Translations under genes and position numbers: made by a program
Source of the DNA: Porphyridium purpureum
Lineage: Eukaryota
Assembly: GCA_008690995.1 (NCBI GenBank)
Contig: VRMN01000002.1
Coordinates: 2,108,001 to 2,172,000 of the forward strand
Direction: 5' to 3'
DNA length: 64,000 nucleotides
The notes under the pieces: generated by a model
Told to the model about the DNA's origin: nothing
What the model saw: only the letters and a program-made list of their open reading frames with translations
The model's database searches: none
Part shown: positions 1 through 10,624 of the stretch, one piece after another
Layout: each line of letters starts with the position of its first letter
Numbering within the stretch: position 1 is the stretch's first letter

Positions 1-1022
1 TAATTTTCGTTGCACGACGACTGCTCAAGCCACACTATCTGGTCTGCGCAGTCCATCAGAATAGACAAGGTCTCATCGCGGGCCGCGTTGCCCAGGCTTT
101 GGGCAGCATCCCAGCGCGCGGTGCGTGCATGCTTGGAGCACGGGGCAATAACTAGAGCATGCATCCACACACCCGGTATGTCCAGAATGTCGCAGATCTT
201 CTGCTGTGTTAACGCCACGATCTGACGCAACAGCTGTCTGGATGCGGCGCTGCCGCGAAACTCGCCGAGTAAATGCGGGCCTAGCGCGTCAATCACAAGA
301 ATGTGAGGCACTAGACCTGCATTGTTTCCGCTACTGCCTGTTGCCAAGAGAGACTCTGCGTTTGTTCGCAGTCTGCTTTGCAGCGCGTCCAGCTGCGCGA
401 GAAGTGTGCCCACATCCAGAATACTTGTCAGCGTCCAGTCGGGTGTTCCCTGATTCCCGCAAAGCTCCGAAAATCGCGCTCGGATGTCGAATAGCGGTTC
501 GCTGGCGGCTGAAAACCAATGCAGCTGCGCCGTGCTTCCGGACGCGGCGCACACAGAACGGGCGACTTGCATGCTGAATAGCGTCTTGCCACTCGAAGAC
601 GGCCCCAGGACAGCGGTCATGGCGCCTTTCCGCGCGTGCAGGACCAATCCGTTGGCGTCCTGTTCACCACAAGCATGCTCACACCTGTTCGACTGTCTTT
701 GACCATGGATCGGTATCGGATAGCTTGATTGTTCGTCCCAGAGTATTTCCCAAGCGCCCTCACACCGCTGCGTCGACGCATACAGCTGCTGCAGCACGCC
801 TCGCAGCTCGTCGCGTGAAAGGTGTAGAGAACCGGCGAGCTCCGCAATGCAACTTTTGTCCCCGCCATCGCGCAACGCGCTGCAAAGTTCGACCGGATGC
901 GCATACCCCGCAGAGCACAGCCGTTGCCGGACGGATTGTGGTGCAACGGGCGCGTACGCCTTCCAGACATCCGAATCAGACGCGTGCGCGGGCGGGTCCT
1001 TCTCCATTCTCTGTCTCGGCAT
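1..1022 (-). CDS. RAD51 paralog (RAD51C-like RecA-fold ATPase), 3' end runs off the window
   Basis: Not in the ORF track because it has no stop in the window. Manual translation from ATG 1022 is open to position 1. The N-terminus SVRQRLCSAGY...GAWEILWDEQ resembles RAD51C. Walker A GPSSSGKT lies at 582-605 and a Walker B-like HILVID lies downstream. Confidence 0.75.
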   Translation of the reverse strand, partial: MPRQRMEKDPPAHASDSDVWKAYAPVAPQSVRQRLCSAGYAHPVELCSALRDGGDKSCIAELAGSLHLSRDELRGVLQQLYASTQRCEGAWEILWDEQSSYPIPIHGQRQSNRCEHACGEQDANGLVLHARKGAMTAVLGPSSSGKTLFSMQVARSVCAASGSTAQLHWFSAASEPLFDIRARFSELCGNQGTPDWTLTSILDVGTLLAQLDALQSRLRTNAESLLATGSSGNNAGLVPHILVIDALGPHLLGEFRGSAASRQLLRQIVALTQQKICDILDIPGVWMHALVIAPCSKHARTARWDAAQSLGNAARDETLSILMDCADQIVWLEQSSCNEN

Positions 1023-1079
1023 CACTTTTCTTTACTGGAAGTTTGGGCTAGTCAGTCGGACGTCGCATTGACGGCAAGC

Positions 1080-2213
1080 TTACGTATGCTCCGTGGTGTC
1101 GTCAGTCCGGCCCATTTTCAGGTCGTTGATGCGCTCGAGCACAACCGTAGGATCATCGTACGCGGCGCGACGGGGGTTGAACAAAACGCGCAGAAGGAAT
1201 AGGACCGCAAGTACTACACACAAAGCGCCCACCGTCACGTAAGCGATGCCGAGGAACGAGTTGGCACTGCCATACCACGCGACCTGAAAGATAATAATTG
1301 ACTTGGTGCCGTCAAACGAGCTGACCGGATAATTGTTCGTGATCTGCACATAGTACGTGCCCCTGGTGAGGGTCTGGTTTTGCACAATTAAGTTGAGCTT
1401 GTTGAATTCCGAGAACGCGGCCAGTCGCATCCACACCATGAAAGGCGTCGATGTGATCAAATCATTGTCGGCATCTGTCCACGGCCCGGGCGGGTCACTA
1501 TCTGCTGTCGGACCTGCCTTGAATTTGGTGGAGCTATCTGTCGGCCACTCAATACCTTCCTGCGTGGTCGGAACCGGATTGTTACATTCGCGATCCTCGC
1601 ACAGCACGAACGTGTCGTTGAACACACTCCACGCGGTAAGGCCGCACGGAATCGGCGTACCTGTGGTGCTATTATCCAGAATCGGTTCGCACGTATCGAG
1701 CTGCCCGGTAGTCAGCGGCCACTGGCCTGCGAGCTGCGGCGACGACCGTGAGCGCGTGTAGGTGCGTACGTTCTGGAAGTAATTGGACATGCGATAGTAA
1801 AAGTACGCCGGAGGCTCGATGTCCTCCTCGATTGTGATTTCGACGGTGCATGTTTTTGTCTGGGAGAAGACGTCGCCGACGTCGCACTCTGGGATATTGT
1901 CGTACCGCACCTGTGCTGTCGAAGCGAGCGTCCCATTGCGCGCGAGAATGACGGCGCCAATGGGAATGCAGACGCACGCCATCACGAGATACATTGCGAT
2001 GACGAACTTTGGCGACAGAATGGGCGTGAGTGCCCAGAGCTCCTGCTGGCGAAACTTGTAGCACTTTGTGCCGGGGCCATGCGGCTCGTCCTGCATGTCG
2101 CTCTGCGACGCGTGCTTGTTCTTGCCCTTCTTGCGCGCCTTCCGCGGCCCGCAGCCGGGACAGCAGCACGCATCCTTGCCCGCATTTGCCTCGACATCCT
2201 CCTCATGCTCCAT
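1080..2213 (-). CDS. CDC50: CDC50/LEM3 family P4-ATPase flippase beta subunit (ALIS)
   Basis: Motifs YKFRQQELWALTPIL, YFYYRMSNYFQNVRTYTRSRS, PCGLTAWSVFNDTF and FMVWMRLAAFSEFNKL, plus two TM segments. First ATG at 2213. Confidence 0.95.
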   Translation of the reverse strand: MEHEEDVEANAGKDACCCPGCGPRKARKKGKNKHASQSDMQDEPHGPGTKCYKFRQQELWALTPILSPKFVIAMYLVMACVCIPIGAVILARNGTLASTAQVRYDNIPECDVGDVFSQTKTCTVEITIEEDIEPPAYFYYRMSNYFQNVRTYTRSRSSPQLAGQWPLTTGQLDTCEPILDNSTTGTPIPCGLTAWSVFNDTFVLCEDRECNNPVPTTQEGIEWPTDSSTKFKAGPTADSDPPGPWTDADNDLITSTPFMVWMRLAAFSEFNKLNLIVQNQTLTRGTYYVQITNNYPVSSFDGTKSIIIFQVAWYGSANSFLGIAYVTVGALCVVLAVLFLLRVLFNPRRAAYDDPTVVLERINDLKMGRTDDTTEHT

Positions 2214-3875
2214 CGCCACGCGCCCTCCCCAACCCCCCGCACCACCAACCCCAACCTAGGTCGTTAGTCACCCTGTGACTCCTTACTCCCCAGCCAACAT
2301 CTTTTCTCTTTTCTCTCCCCTGTTAGTCTCCCACAACACTCAATCCGAATTCCTATAAACCGCGCCTGTTTTCAGTCATAAGGACGTCTCCACTGGCTCC
2401 ACACCTTGACCGCTCCCGCTCCTACTGTACTTTATACAGAACGTACAGAACACGCAGAACAGTGCGTGGGGTACAGTGATGCGCTTTCAGGATTAGGGTT
2501 CAATTTAGCACTCTAGGGTAACGGCTAAGGAAAGGGTGTACAGGGAGGTACAGTGCACGTATTCGGTTTTTATGCAACCCGTACCGCAACCCATAGTAAA
2601 ACATAGTAAAAAGCGAGAGCTGTTAAACCGGTAGATTCCATAGAATTTGAACCAATAAACCGGCAAAACATGACGCGAAGTTCAAGACGCAAGGCAGCGA
2701 GCAGGTGCGCATTGGCGGGAGGAGAAGCAGCTTGAAGCGGCTTTGAGCACTTCTGTGCTGGTTCTCAGCGATGCCGCGCGATAAGGACGTCAATGCCTGA
2801 TTGCCGGTACTGCTGTAGTAGTTCCAACCGCAGCAAACCAACGAATAACCTTACCGCATGTGGACAAAGAAGCTTCAAATCTAAGTTTTGCACAAGGAAT
2901 GTGGTCTGGAAGAAAAAGAAGACACCCGAAACAGCATCATGCTTCCACGATTGCGTGTAACAAAACTTGAAGAGCGTGAGGTCAGGCAGCTTCGCAGACA
3001 GAAATCATCGACAAAAATAAAGCAGCTCGCCGAGCCGGTAGGCACGGTGCGCAGCAAAACAGAAAAGCCTGGACTTTATGACGTTGTGCATTTCTCAACG
3101 GGTCCATGTTGCTCGCATGTGTTGAAAACTGCTGCTGGGCTCGTCTGCAGAAAAGCAATCCAGCAGCAACGGTGAAAATGAAGGCAGGGACCATTCTGCG
3201 GCGCGAGCTTGCCCATCCCAAAGCGCAGCACATAAAGAAGGCCCAGAAGCACCTATCAATATCCCAGCCAAATATCCAACGCATCCGCGCATTGTTGGCT
3301 AGCGCCTGCTGCTCACACTGTCATCTCGCTCTCGACGACATACCACATTCTGCCCGTGCGCTATGATGAAACGACGATGTCCGCTCATATTGTCACAAAA
3401 CGTGACCCTCTTTCAGTTCAAGTGCGCCTACTGCATTTTTTTCTACATACGGAGCCGCGTTCCACGCACCATTCGAAGTCGTCTGGCATTGTCGGTGCAA
3501 TGCGGAGCACGACACCCGTATCCGCACTGCACACTCTTAAACACTCCAAAGGCGGCACACAGGCATCCTAGTACCGCAACTGCATGACACGCAAGTGCCC
3601 AGTGCGTCCGGATCGATGGATTCCTTAGATCCTGGTTGATAGAGCGGCATTCGGCAAAGGCACATCGATCGCTGAACAGTCTTCGGCTCAAGAGTGAGAG
3701 CACCATGGGCAGCGCATGAGCAACAGAAATACACTCCGTGACGTCCTGGCCACTTTCTCAGTTGGTAGCGGCGTACTGTCGTCGCTCGGCTTGAGTACTC
3801 CGGTGACCTAGCAACGCTGCTCCGCCGCCAGCTCCATGCTCCTTTCGCTCGCTGCCACCACCACTCGCAACACTG

Positions 3876-4960
3876 TCATCCCGCACGAAAGGATCCAATA
3901 TCGTCGTTGGCCTCTTCTCTATCCATTGCCAGTGCTCCTGTCTCCGCCTTTCGGATATTAAATACCATCGAGCAACAATTTTTCACTGACAATTCTGCTG
4001 AGCCTGCGCCGTGGATAGCTGACCTTCCACTGCATTGCGTTCCATGGCGCAGCCGATTGAATTCCGCAGCAGCGGTATGAAGCTCCTCCTTGATCGCATT
4101 TGCTTGTACGCGCACCCCAACAGTCTGCGCTCGCAAGCGGCTCGTGGCTTTCTCATAATTCTCGAACCCGGACGTGTCCAGCTCCATGAGCAGTGACTTA
4201 AATTACAGAGACTGCGCACCTCGCGACAGCTGGCCTCCGAGCCAGCGAGTCAGAGCATTGGATATGCACAGCTTCGACCGCGCCTGTTCGTGACGGTTGG
4301 GGCATTGTACTCAGTGTTCTTGGACGGAAGCCGCCTTGCGATCGACTTTCAGAAAGCACGCTGCGCACATTCTTCGTTTCATTCCGCATCAAAGTGATCC
4401 TTTCCCGAGCGCTTTCACGTGGTTGCACAGAACAGGTTCCAGCAGATGTCAATTGGCACGCAGCTGTTTGAGCTGCTCGAGCTGCTCAAGCTGATCGCCC
4501 CGTCCGCGCGGCCGTACTCTGCGAATTCGAGCTTCAGAAGCAGCTGCCCAGTGCGGACTTTAGCATGCTGGCTGCAGCAATGCACCGCAGTTCCGTGTGC
4601 CTGCCGGTCCCTTAGACAGCGCACTACGTTGCGAATCTCCTCTACTTCGGCGCAGTCTGAACAAACCATTGGTCCTTGAGCCCGCTTCATATGCGCCTGT
4701 GAACGCGCCGCCGCGAAATTACAGCCGGCTTGCGCGGCTCCCGCGTTAGTGCTTCCATCGAAGCGAGCAGCCAGATCAAGTCTCTCGCGCACTGCCTGTC
4801 CAGGCGCAGGCGCAGAGCCAGCGTCCGCTTCTCCGTTTCGGAGCGTGTTGCCTTCATCTGCTCGGTGCGATATAGCGGCGTCGACCTCGCGCGGCCACGG
4901 CAGGCTTGACGCGCAGCCTCCAAGGCGGTCACTCGCTCACGCAGTTCCGAGCTTCAGTAC
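3876..4960 (-). pseudogene. Possible decayed coiled-coil protein gene
   Basis: Successive short ORFs in different frames (4687-4932, 4415-4792, 4198-4452, 3876-4187) have helical E/R/L/A-rich composition, broken by stops and frameshifts. No family recognised. Confidence 0.3.
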
Positions 4961-5295
4961 TTCATGCGAAGTGTTTTGTGCAACCCGGTTGCATTTCTTC
5001 GTAGCCAAACGGTAACAAATTTCGGGGTGAGAATGCAACTCTATGCGCAACCGAAGGTTGCGCAAAATTTTTGCAATACGGCATGAAATGACGCCGTATT
5101 TCGGTTCTGACGGGCACGGTACGCGGTGGTTCCGATTTTTTGGCCCTCTGAGGGCACGGCCAAACCAAAATACAACTTCGGTTGCATTTCCGCTGTTCAG
5201 TGGGGTGATGGGTTTTGCGGGAAAGAAAGGAAAAAAGCGCGCGAGAGTGGGCTGGGAGGAGGGGGAGAGACAGAGGACGGCTGGGGTTGGCGGCG

Positions 5296-6449
5296 ATGGC
5301 TAAGCGGCAGCGGACGTGGGATGAGCTGTGCGATGGACTGTCTGCGCGACAGACGCACGCGCCGCCGCGGAGGAAGGGCGCGGCGGGTGCTGAAACGCAC
5401 GCGGTGGCTGGAAGTGGACAGCGTGGTGCGGGCACGCAAGAACGTTACGCAACGCGCAGCGGTTGGGTGCAGCAGCGGGGCAGGCGCCGGGCTCGCGCAG
5501 TCGTCGACGAGGAGGCGTGGAATCTGCGTCGACGCGTTCGGTGGGGGCGCTGACGCGTTGCCCCGCGTGCGCAACATCCATGCCCGCCAAGATGGTCGAC
5601 GACCACCTCGGCTCGCAGGTCTGCGAGTCGCAGCGCAAGTGGCGCGCGCAGCAGCACTCGCGCACGCAGGCTGCGGCATGGACTGCGCTTTGTGTTGATA
5701 ATGGCCGCACGCTGCATCTGAATGCTTCTATCGCAGACCAGCAGGACGAGCAAGCGCGTGCCGACGCAGCTGCGCGTATCGCAATGGGCGCCGCGCTCGG
5801 CGTCAGCGTGGTGGACGAGTTTGTCACAGAGCATGAGGAGGCTACCATTCTTGAATACGTTCGATCAAGTGACCTGCGCGAATCCTCGTTCAACGGCAGG
5901 CACATGGGATGCAAGTGGGGCGTCGATTGCGACCTGTACACGCGAAAAACATACGAGGCCACACGCGAACTGCCGGAGGTGCTTCAGAATATTATGGCGC
6001 GGTTCAAGAGCGTAGCTGCGCTTGCCACGCCTGCTCGTACAGACTGGACGCCAAATGAAGCCAATGCGATCTGGTACGACGCTCGGCACGGCGGGCATTT
6101 CCTCGGCGCACATGTTGACGACCGGTTCATGAGCAAGGGCCCCATTGTCAACTTGTCGCTGGGCGGCGACTGCGTTATGACGTATGAACGAGAGCGCGAG
6201 CAAGACGCGACCACAGGTCGACTCCAGCTCAAGTCAATTCCGCCCGAGCTACCTGCCGCCCTGCAAACGGTCCGCGTGCATCTACGTCGGCGGAGCCTGC
6301 AAGTGATGGACAAGGTGGTGCGGTATCGCTTCACTCACGAAATCCGCGCCGAAGATTTTCTGAGCGATGCTCGGTGTTCCATTACCTTTCGACACTCGCC
6401 AGTCACCGAGCACGGCGAAATGCGGCCGCGAGGACCGACGCTGTACTAA
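5296..6449 (+). CDS. AlkB-family 2OG-Fe(II) dioxygenase (ALKBH4-like) with putative N-terminal UBZ zinc finger; 5' end frameshifted or intron-containing
   Basis: HxD (HVDD), distal His (FTHEI), RCSITFR and IVNLSLGGDCVMTY. Main frame is open 5394-6449; the best upstream ATG (5296) is in another frame. Confidence 0.8.
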
Positions 6450-6484
6450 AAAGGCGAAATTATTGCGAAGGACATATGCCTAGT

Positions 6485-7443
6485 TCATGTGTGATACAAG
6501 TGGCTCATGAAGCCTACTACAAGCTGCTCCTCAGCGCGCAAATTGACCACAAATAGAGGCACGGGATTGAGCGCCTCGCTGCCGGCCGATATAATCAAGA
6601 AGCCGCCACCCAGAAAGGCAAGCACGCGCTCGTGCGCATACCCAAAGAGCATATGTATGCGACGTGTCTCGAAATATTCCACCTCGTGCCCTTCAAAATC
6701 GGGAATGTCCACAGCCTTCCTGTGCACGCACGTGCGCTTGACCAACTCGGGGTGCGCACCCAGAGCCTCGAGAAACATGATCGCGACCGCCTTGGCGTTG
6801 CACTCGCGATTCGTCTGCCAAAATTGAACAAAGCGTTCGTCCACAGAGAAGCAGCACGCATTCCATGCACTGTCTGTTTCGTTGCCGTACATGATCAGCC
6901 GCGAGTCTTCAGCGCTTGCCACGTACGGTCCTAGAGTTTGCGAGAGTTTGCACGCATGAAGAAATTCGGCCCACGCCGCTTCTTGAGAAGGAGTCTGTGC
7001 CAGGGCAGTTTCCGCTCCAGCACGCTCGCTCTGATCGTGCTGGGTGCCTTCCTCTTTCATGGCCAGTGCTCCTCGAATGAGCGCGGAACATTCGACGGGC
7101 ATCTTTGGGCGGAACGCAAAGTCCTCGCTGTCCGGATCGGCCCAGCGGTTGTGCGGTCCGTCGCGCATGCGCATGCGCCAGTAGCACCACCACTTTTCGG
7201 GATCGTCCCACTGCGCGCCCATGGAAGCGCAGCGCGTGCAGCCACGCGGCGCGCGCAGCGCGTGGCGCACGTCATCGAGCCGTTGGCGCGACGCGCGCCG
7301 CGCGCGCTCAGGAGCACATGCTCACGAACGCACGCGCGCCAGTGCCTGCATACGCCCGCCGCCTTCAGCTGAACAGGTAGGCACAGCCGCGGAATCACAT
7401 GCTCGAACACCAGCGCCTGCGCGTCCACATCGACTCGTTCCAT
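6485..7443 (-). CDS. F-box-like protein, split by an apparent frameshift near 7290-7320
   Basis: Frame from ATG 7443 gives LVFEHVIPRLCLPVQLKAAGVCRHWRACVRE (F-box-like). The body continues in the frame of ORF 6485-7270. Confidence 0.55.
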
Positions 7444-7626
7444 TCCCGCGCCACCTTCCGTCCTCCTCGACTCTCGTCATGCCCAACTCCCTCAACTCAC
7501 TGAGGAGGTACACCATCAATGTACTTTTTACTACTCAATTAAGTCCGTTTTATGATTTTTTCCCTTTTTCTACAAGACAGCCAACTCGAAAAAGCATTTG
7601 GGTGACGAGGGCAGGCTAGTAAGGAT

Positions 7627-7657
7627 GGAGAGAGAGACAGAGAGAGAGAGAGAGAGC
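7627..7657 (+). repeat. (GA)n microsatellite upstream of kinase gene
   Basis: gagagagagacagagagagagagagagagcg. Confidence 0.8.
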
Positions 7658-7735
7658 GCGCGAGGAAGGGGGGAAACGCCGCAAAGGTGTTTCGGGGGAG
7701 GGGAAGGGCGTGCATGATTGCGGGCAGCAGGCAAG

Positions 7736-10492
7736 ATGACGACGCGAATCGGGCCGTACCTGCTGCTGAGGACGCTGGGCACGGGGAACTTTGGCAAGGT
7801 GAAGCTGGCGGTGCATAATGATACGGGCGTGCAGTATGCAGTGAAGATCATGGACAAGGCGTGGATGCTCAAGCACGGCATGTCGCTGCAGGTCAAGCGC
7901 GAGATCGCTATCATGAAGGCGTTGTCGCACCCGAATGTGGTCAGCCTGTATGAGGTGCTCGCGTCGCAGACAAAGTTGTATCTGGTCATGGAGCTCGTGT
8001 CGGGCGGCGAGCTGTTCGATGTGATCGCACAACAGGCAGAGTACGGAGGCCTGAAGGAGGACGTCGCGAGAAGATACTTCCATGACCTCATTGACGCTGT
8101 GCACTACTGCCACCGCCGAGGAGTCTTCCACCGCGACCTCAAACCGGAAAATCTGCTGCTGAACGAGAAAGGCGAACTCAAAGTGACAGACTTTGGGCTT
8201 TCCGGCATTTCTGGCGTGCTCACGGGCCAGGAACTGCTCACGACAATGTGCGGCACGCCCTCGTACATCGCACCGGAAATTGTTCGTGAGCGTGGTGGGT
8301 ACGAAGGCTCCAAAGTGGACGCGTGGGCTTGCGGTATCATTCTCTACGCCATGCTCACAGGCTGCCTGCCGTTCGATGGCGAAGATCCAGCAGAACTCTT
8401 TCTGCACATTCAAACCGCACCCGTTGAGTTCCCACCGGGTGTTAAGGTCGAGCCACTCGCCAAGGCACTGATTTGTGGGCTGCTGGAAAAAGACCCCAAG
8501 TCGCGCTTGTCCCTGGAGTCAGTCAAGCAGCACCCATGGTTCCTGGAAAATTATATGGGCGACGATGCACCACACAAGCCCAAGCTGGACGTGAAAACGA
8601 TCTCCCTTTTTCGCCTGGAAGGCTTGTTCAGCGCTCCTGAAGACGCGGCAGCCCAAAAGAAGCCGCGGCCGAAAAGCGAGAATGATGCGGCCGCACGGAA
8701 ACGCGCAGAAGAAGCAGCAAACATTACAGCAAAGGAGCGCGTGCGGCGCGAGTCAAGTCAAAATTTGGCTGCGACCATGCGTGCGTCGAGGAGACCGACC
8801 GCCGGCCAAGGGCAAATACTGCCTCCGTCGCAGCAGCCTGCCGCGCAGGGCGCTATCTTTACGCCATTCCATACACATGAAAACCCGCAGCCAGACAGGC
8901 CTCGCATGGAGGCGCAGCGACCACCAGCTGACCGCCCGCGGCCTCCGCGCCCAGGCGCTCCGGCGCCTCGCGCACGAAAGCCGCCGTCACTCGCGTCGTC
9001 CTCAATTTTTAAGACCGGCTCGGATCTGTCTGCCACGGACTCGGGTGCCGAGGACGAGAACTTTGATATCCCGTCCATGAAAGAGGTGATTTCTCGCCAG
9101 GTGCTGCTCTCGCAATCGCAACGCGCTGCGTTCAAATCGTTTGCGGTCGAGGCCCAACCAAGTGAATCTCCTGCTTCAGATCAATCGCCTGCGCCTTTAC
9201 GAGGCTCTGGGCATGATTCCGGGTTCGGATCTGATGGTTCTGGGCCATATCCACGACAACTTCAAGAGCCCCCACCAGCACCGGAGCGGCTCCAGCCATC
9301 ACGACCGTCTGCACGCTTTGACGATGCTTCGGATGACGAAGACTCGGATTTTGAGGAAACAGCCGGCGGGCTCGACCTCGAGGAAAGTAAGATTGTCGCT
9401 GCACTTCGTGACCTGCAGGCTGCGTACGTGCTTGCGCGGCATCGGCGTCAGACTGAGTCTCTGTCGCTGACTGAGGCCTTTGTGGAGGTTTTCACGCTCG
9501 CTGAGTTTCGGGCCGTGTCCAAGGCGCACCCGGACTGGTTGCAGGCGACGGTGCTCTATTTCAAGTCGACCCTGGACGCTACAGAGAAGCGTGAGGACGA
9601 GTTTTTGCAGCTGCTACTTGAGCTCATGCTCACAGGCTCTTACAGCTGTTCGCTCAAAGGCGTGGACTTTGATCTCGAGATCAGAATGCTCATGCGTTTT
9701 GTCACAGACCTTGACCGAAAGATGACTGAGCGAGGCGGCCAGGGCGTGGAGCGGCTATCGGACCCAGCGCCAAGTTTAGCTGGGAATGCTGAGCTTTCGC
9801 TCGCGTCCATGCGACCGGCCTCCAGCCCTGCGTCTGCCGCGTCTGCCAAGCCAAGCACCAAACCTGTTCAGACGGCGATCCATTTTGACCGCAAGCAGAA
9901 AGTAGACTATACGCAACTCGCAAAGGTGAGCGAAGGCGGCGCGAAACTGCCGCGCACCAAGCAAAAGCCGGAAGATAGCGTAGCGCTGCGAGAAGCGGAG
10001 CTTGAGTTGAAGACAGCATCATTGACAAGTATGTCTTCGCTGGACACGAACAGTTCCTCTGGCAAGTCTCGGGTGGCATCGCGTGCCAAGCAGAGCATGT
10101 ATGGTATAGTTAGCGTAGGTGGGAATCGCGGTGCCTTAATGACTATTCTATCCGCGCTCGAGCTGGACGACTGCTTGAAAAAGTTTGAAAACGCATTGAT
10201 GACTCTGGCGCCTTCGGTTCATGACGTGTGCGTGCAGGCCAAGGGACTGACGGTGCGGCTCATTATCAAGGTCCGTCAATCGGAGGTTGGCATATCAGTG
10301 TCCTTCAAGAAACTGAAGGTGAACCCGAAGAGCACTGCGCCGATCGTTCCGCGGACAGAACTGCAGATGTTCAAGGACAAGACTTCTGCGTCGGGTCGGG
10401 GGTACTTTGACAATCAGGACTACTTGGATGCTGCAAACAAGCTGCGCACGGCTTTCGCCGAACAAGATGCACACGCCGTATTGCCTCATTGA
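7736..10492 (+). CDS. SNF1/AMPK-related (CIPK-like) Ser/Thr protein kinase with long C-terminal extension
   Basis: GTGNFGKVK, AVKIMDK, HRDLKPENLLL, DFG and TTMCGTPSYIAPE. First ATG at 7736. Confidence 0.92.
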   Translation: MTTRIGPYLLLRTLGTGNFGKVKLAVHNDTGVQYAVKIMDKAWMLKHGMSLQVKREIAIMKALSHPNVVSLYEVLASQTKLYLVMELVSGGELFDVIAQQAEYGGLKEDVARRYFHDLIDAVHYCHRRGVFHRDLKPENLLLNEKGELKVTDFGLSGISGVLTGQELLTTMCGTPSYIAPEIVRERGGYEGSKVDAWACGIILYAMLTGCLPFDGEDPAELFLHIQTAPVEFPPGVKVEPLAKALICGLLEKDPKSRLSLESVKQHPWFLENYMGDDAPHKPKLDVKTISLFRLEGLFSAPEDAAAQKKPRPKSENDAAARKRAEEAANITAKERVRRESSQNLAATMRASRRPTAGQGQILPPSQQPAAQGAIFTPFHTHENPQPDRPRMEAQRPPADRPRPPRPGAPAPRARKPPSLASSSIFKTGSDLSATDSGAEDENFDIPSMKEVISRQVLLSQSQRAAFKSFAVEAQPSESPASDQSPAPLRGSGHDSGFGSDGSGPYPRQLQEPPPAPERLQPSRPSARFDDASDDEDSDFEETAGGLDLEESKIVAALRDLQAAYVLARHRRQTESLSLTEAFVEVFTLAEFRAVSKAHPDWLQATVLYFKSTLDATEKREDEFLQLLLELMLTGSYSCSLKGVDFDLEIRMLMRFVTDLDRKMTERGGQGVERLSDPAPSLAGNAELSLASMRPASSPASAASAKPSTKPVQTAIHFDRKQKVDYTQLAKVSEGGAKLPRTKQKPEDSVALREAELELKTASLTSMSSLDTNSSSGKSRVASRAKQSMYGIVSVGGNRGALMTILSALELDDCLKKFENALMTLAPSVHDVCVQAKGLTVRLIIKVRQSEVGISVSFKKLKVNPKSTAPIVPRTELQMFKDKTSASGRGYFDNQDYLDAANKLRTAFAEQDAHAVLPH

Positions 10493-10624
10493 CGTGCATG
10501 ACGTGCCCCTAGGAGAAGCGGTCGGCGACGAAGAAAGTAGATGTTACGAAAAGTGCAAAAACATTGACCTTTTATCCTTCCGTCTTTTGAATGTACGTGA
10601 GTATCTCCGTACACCATGTCAGAC

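Noticed and set aside
2493..2522. Telo-box-like TAGGGTT motifs in promoters (also near 39511)
   Set aside because: Few and imperfect; enrichment cannot be shown by eye.
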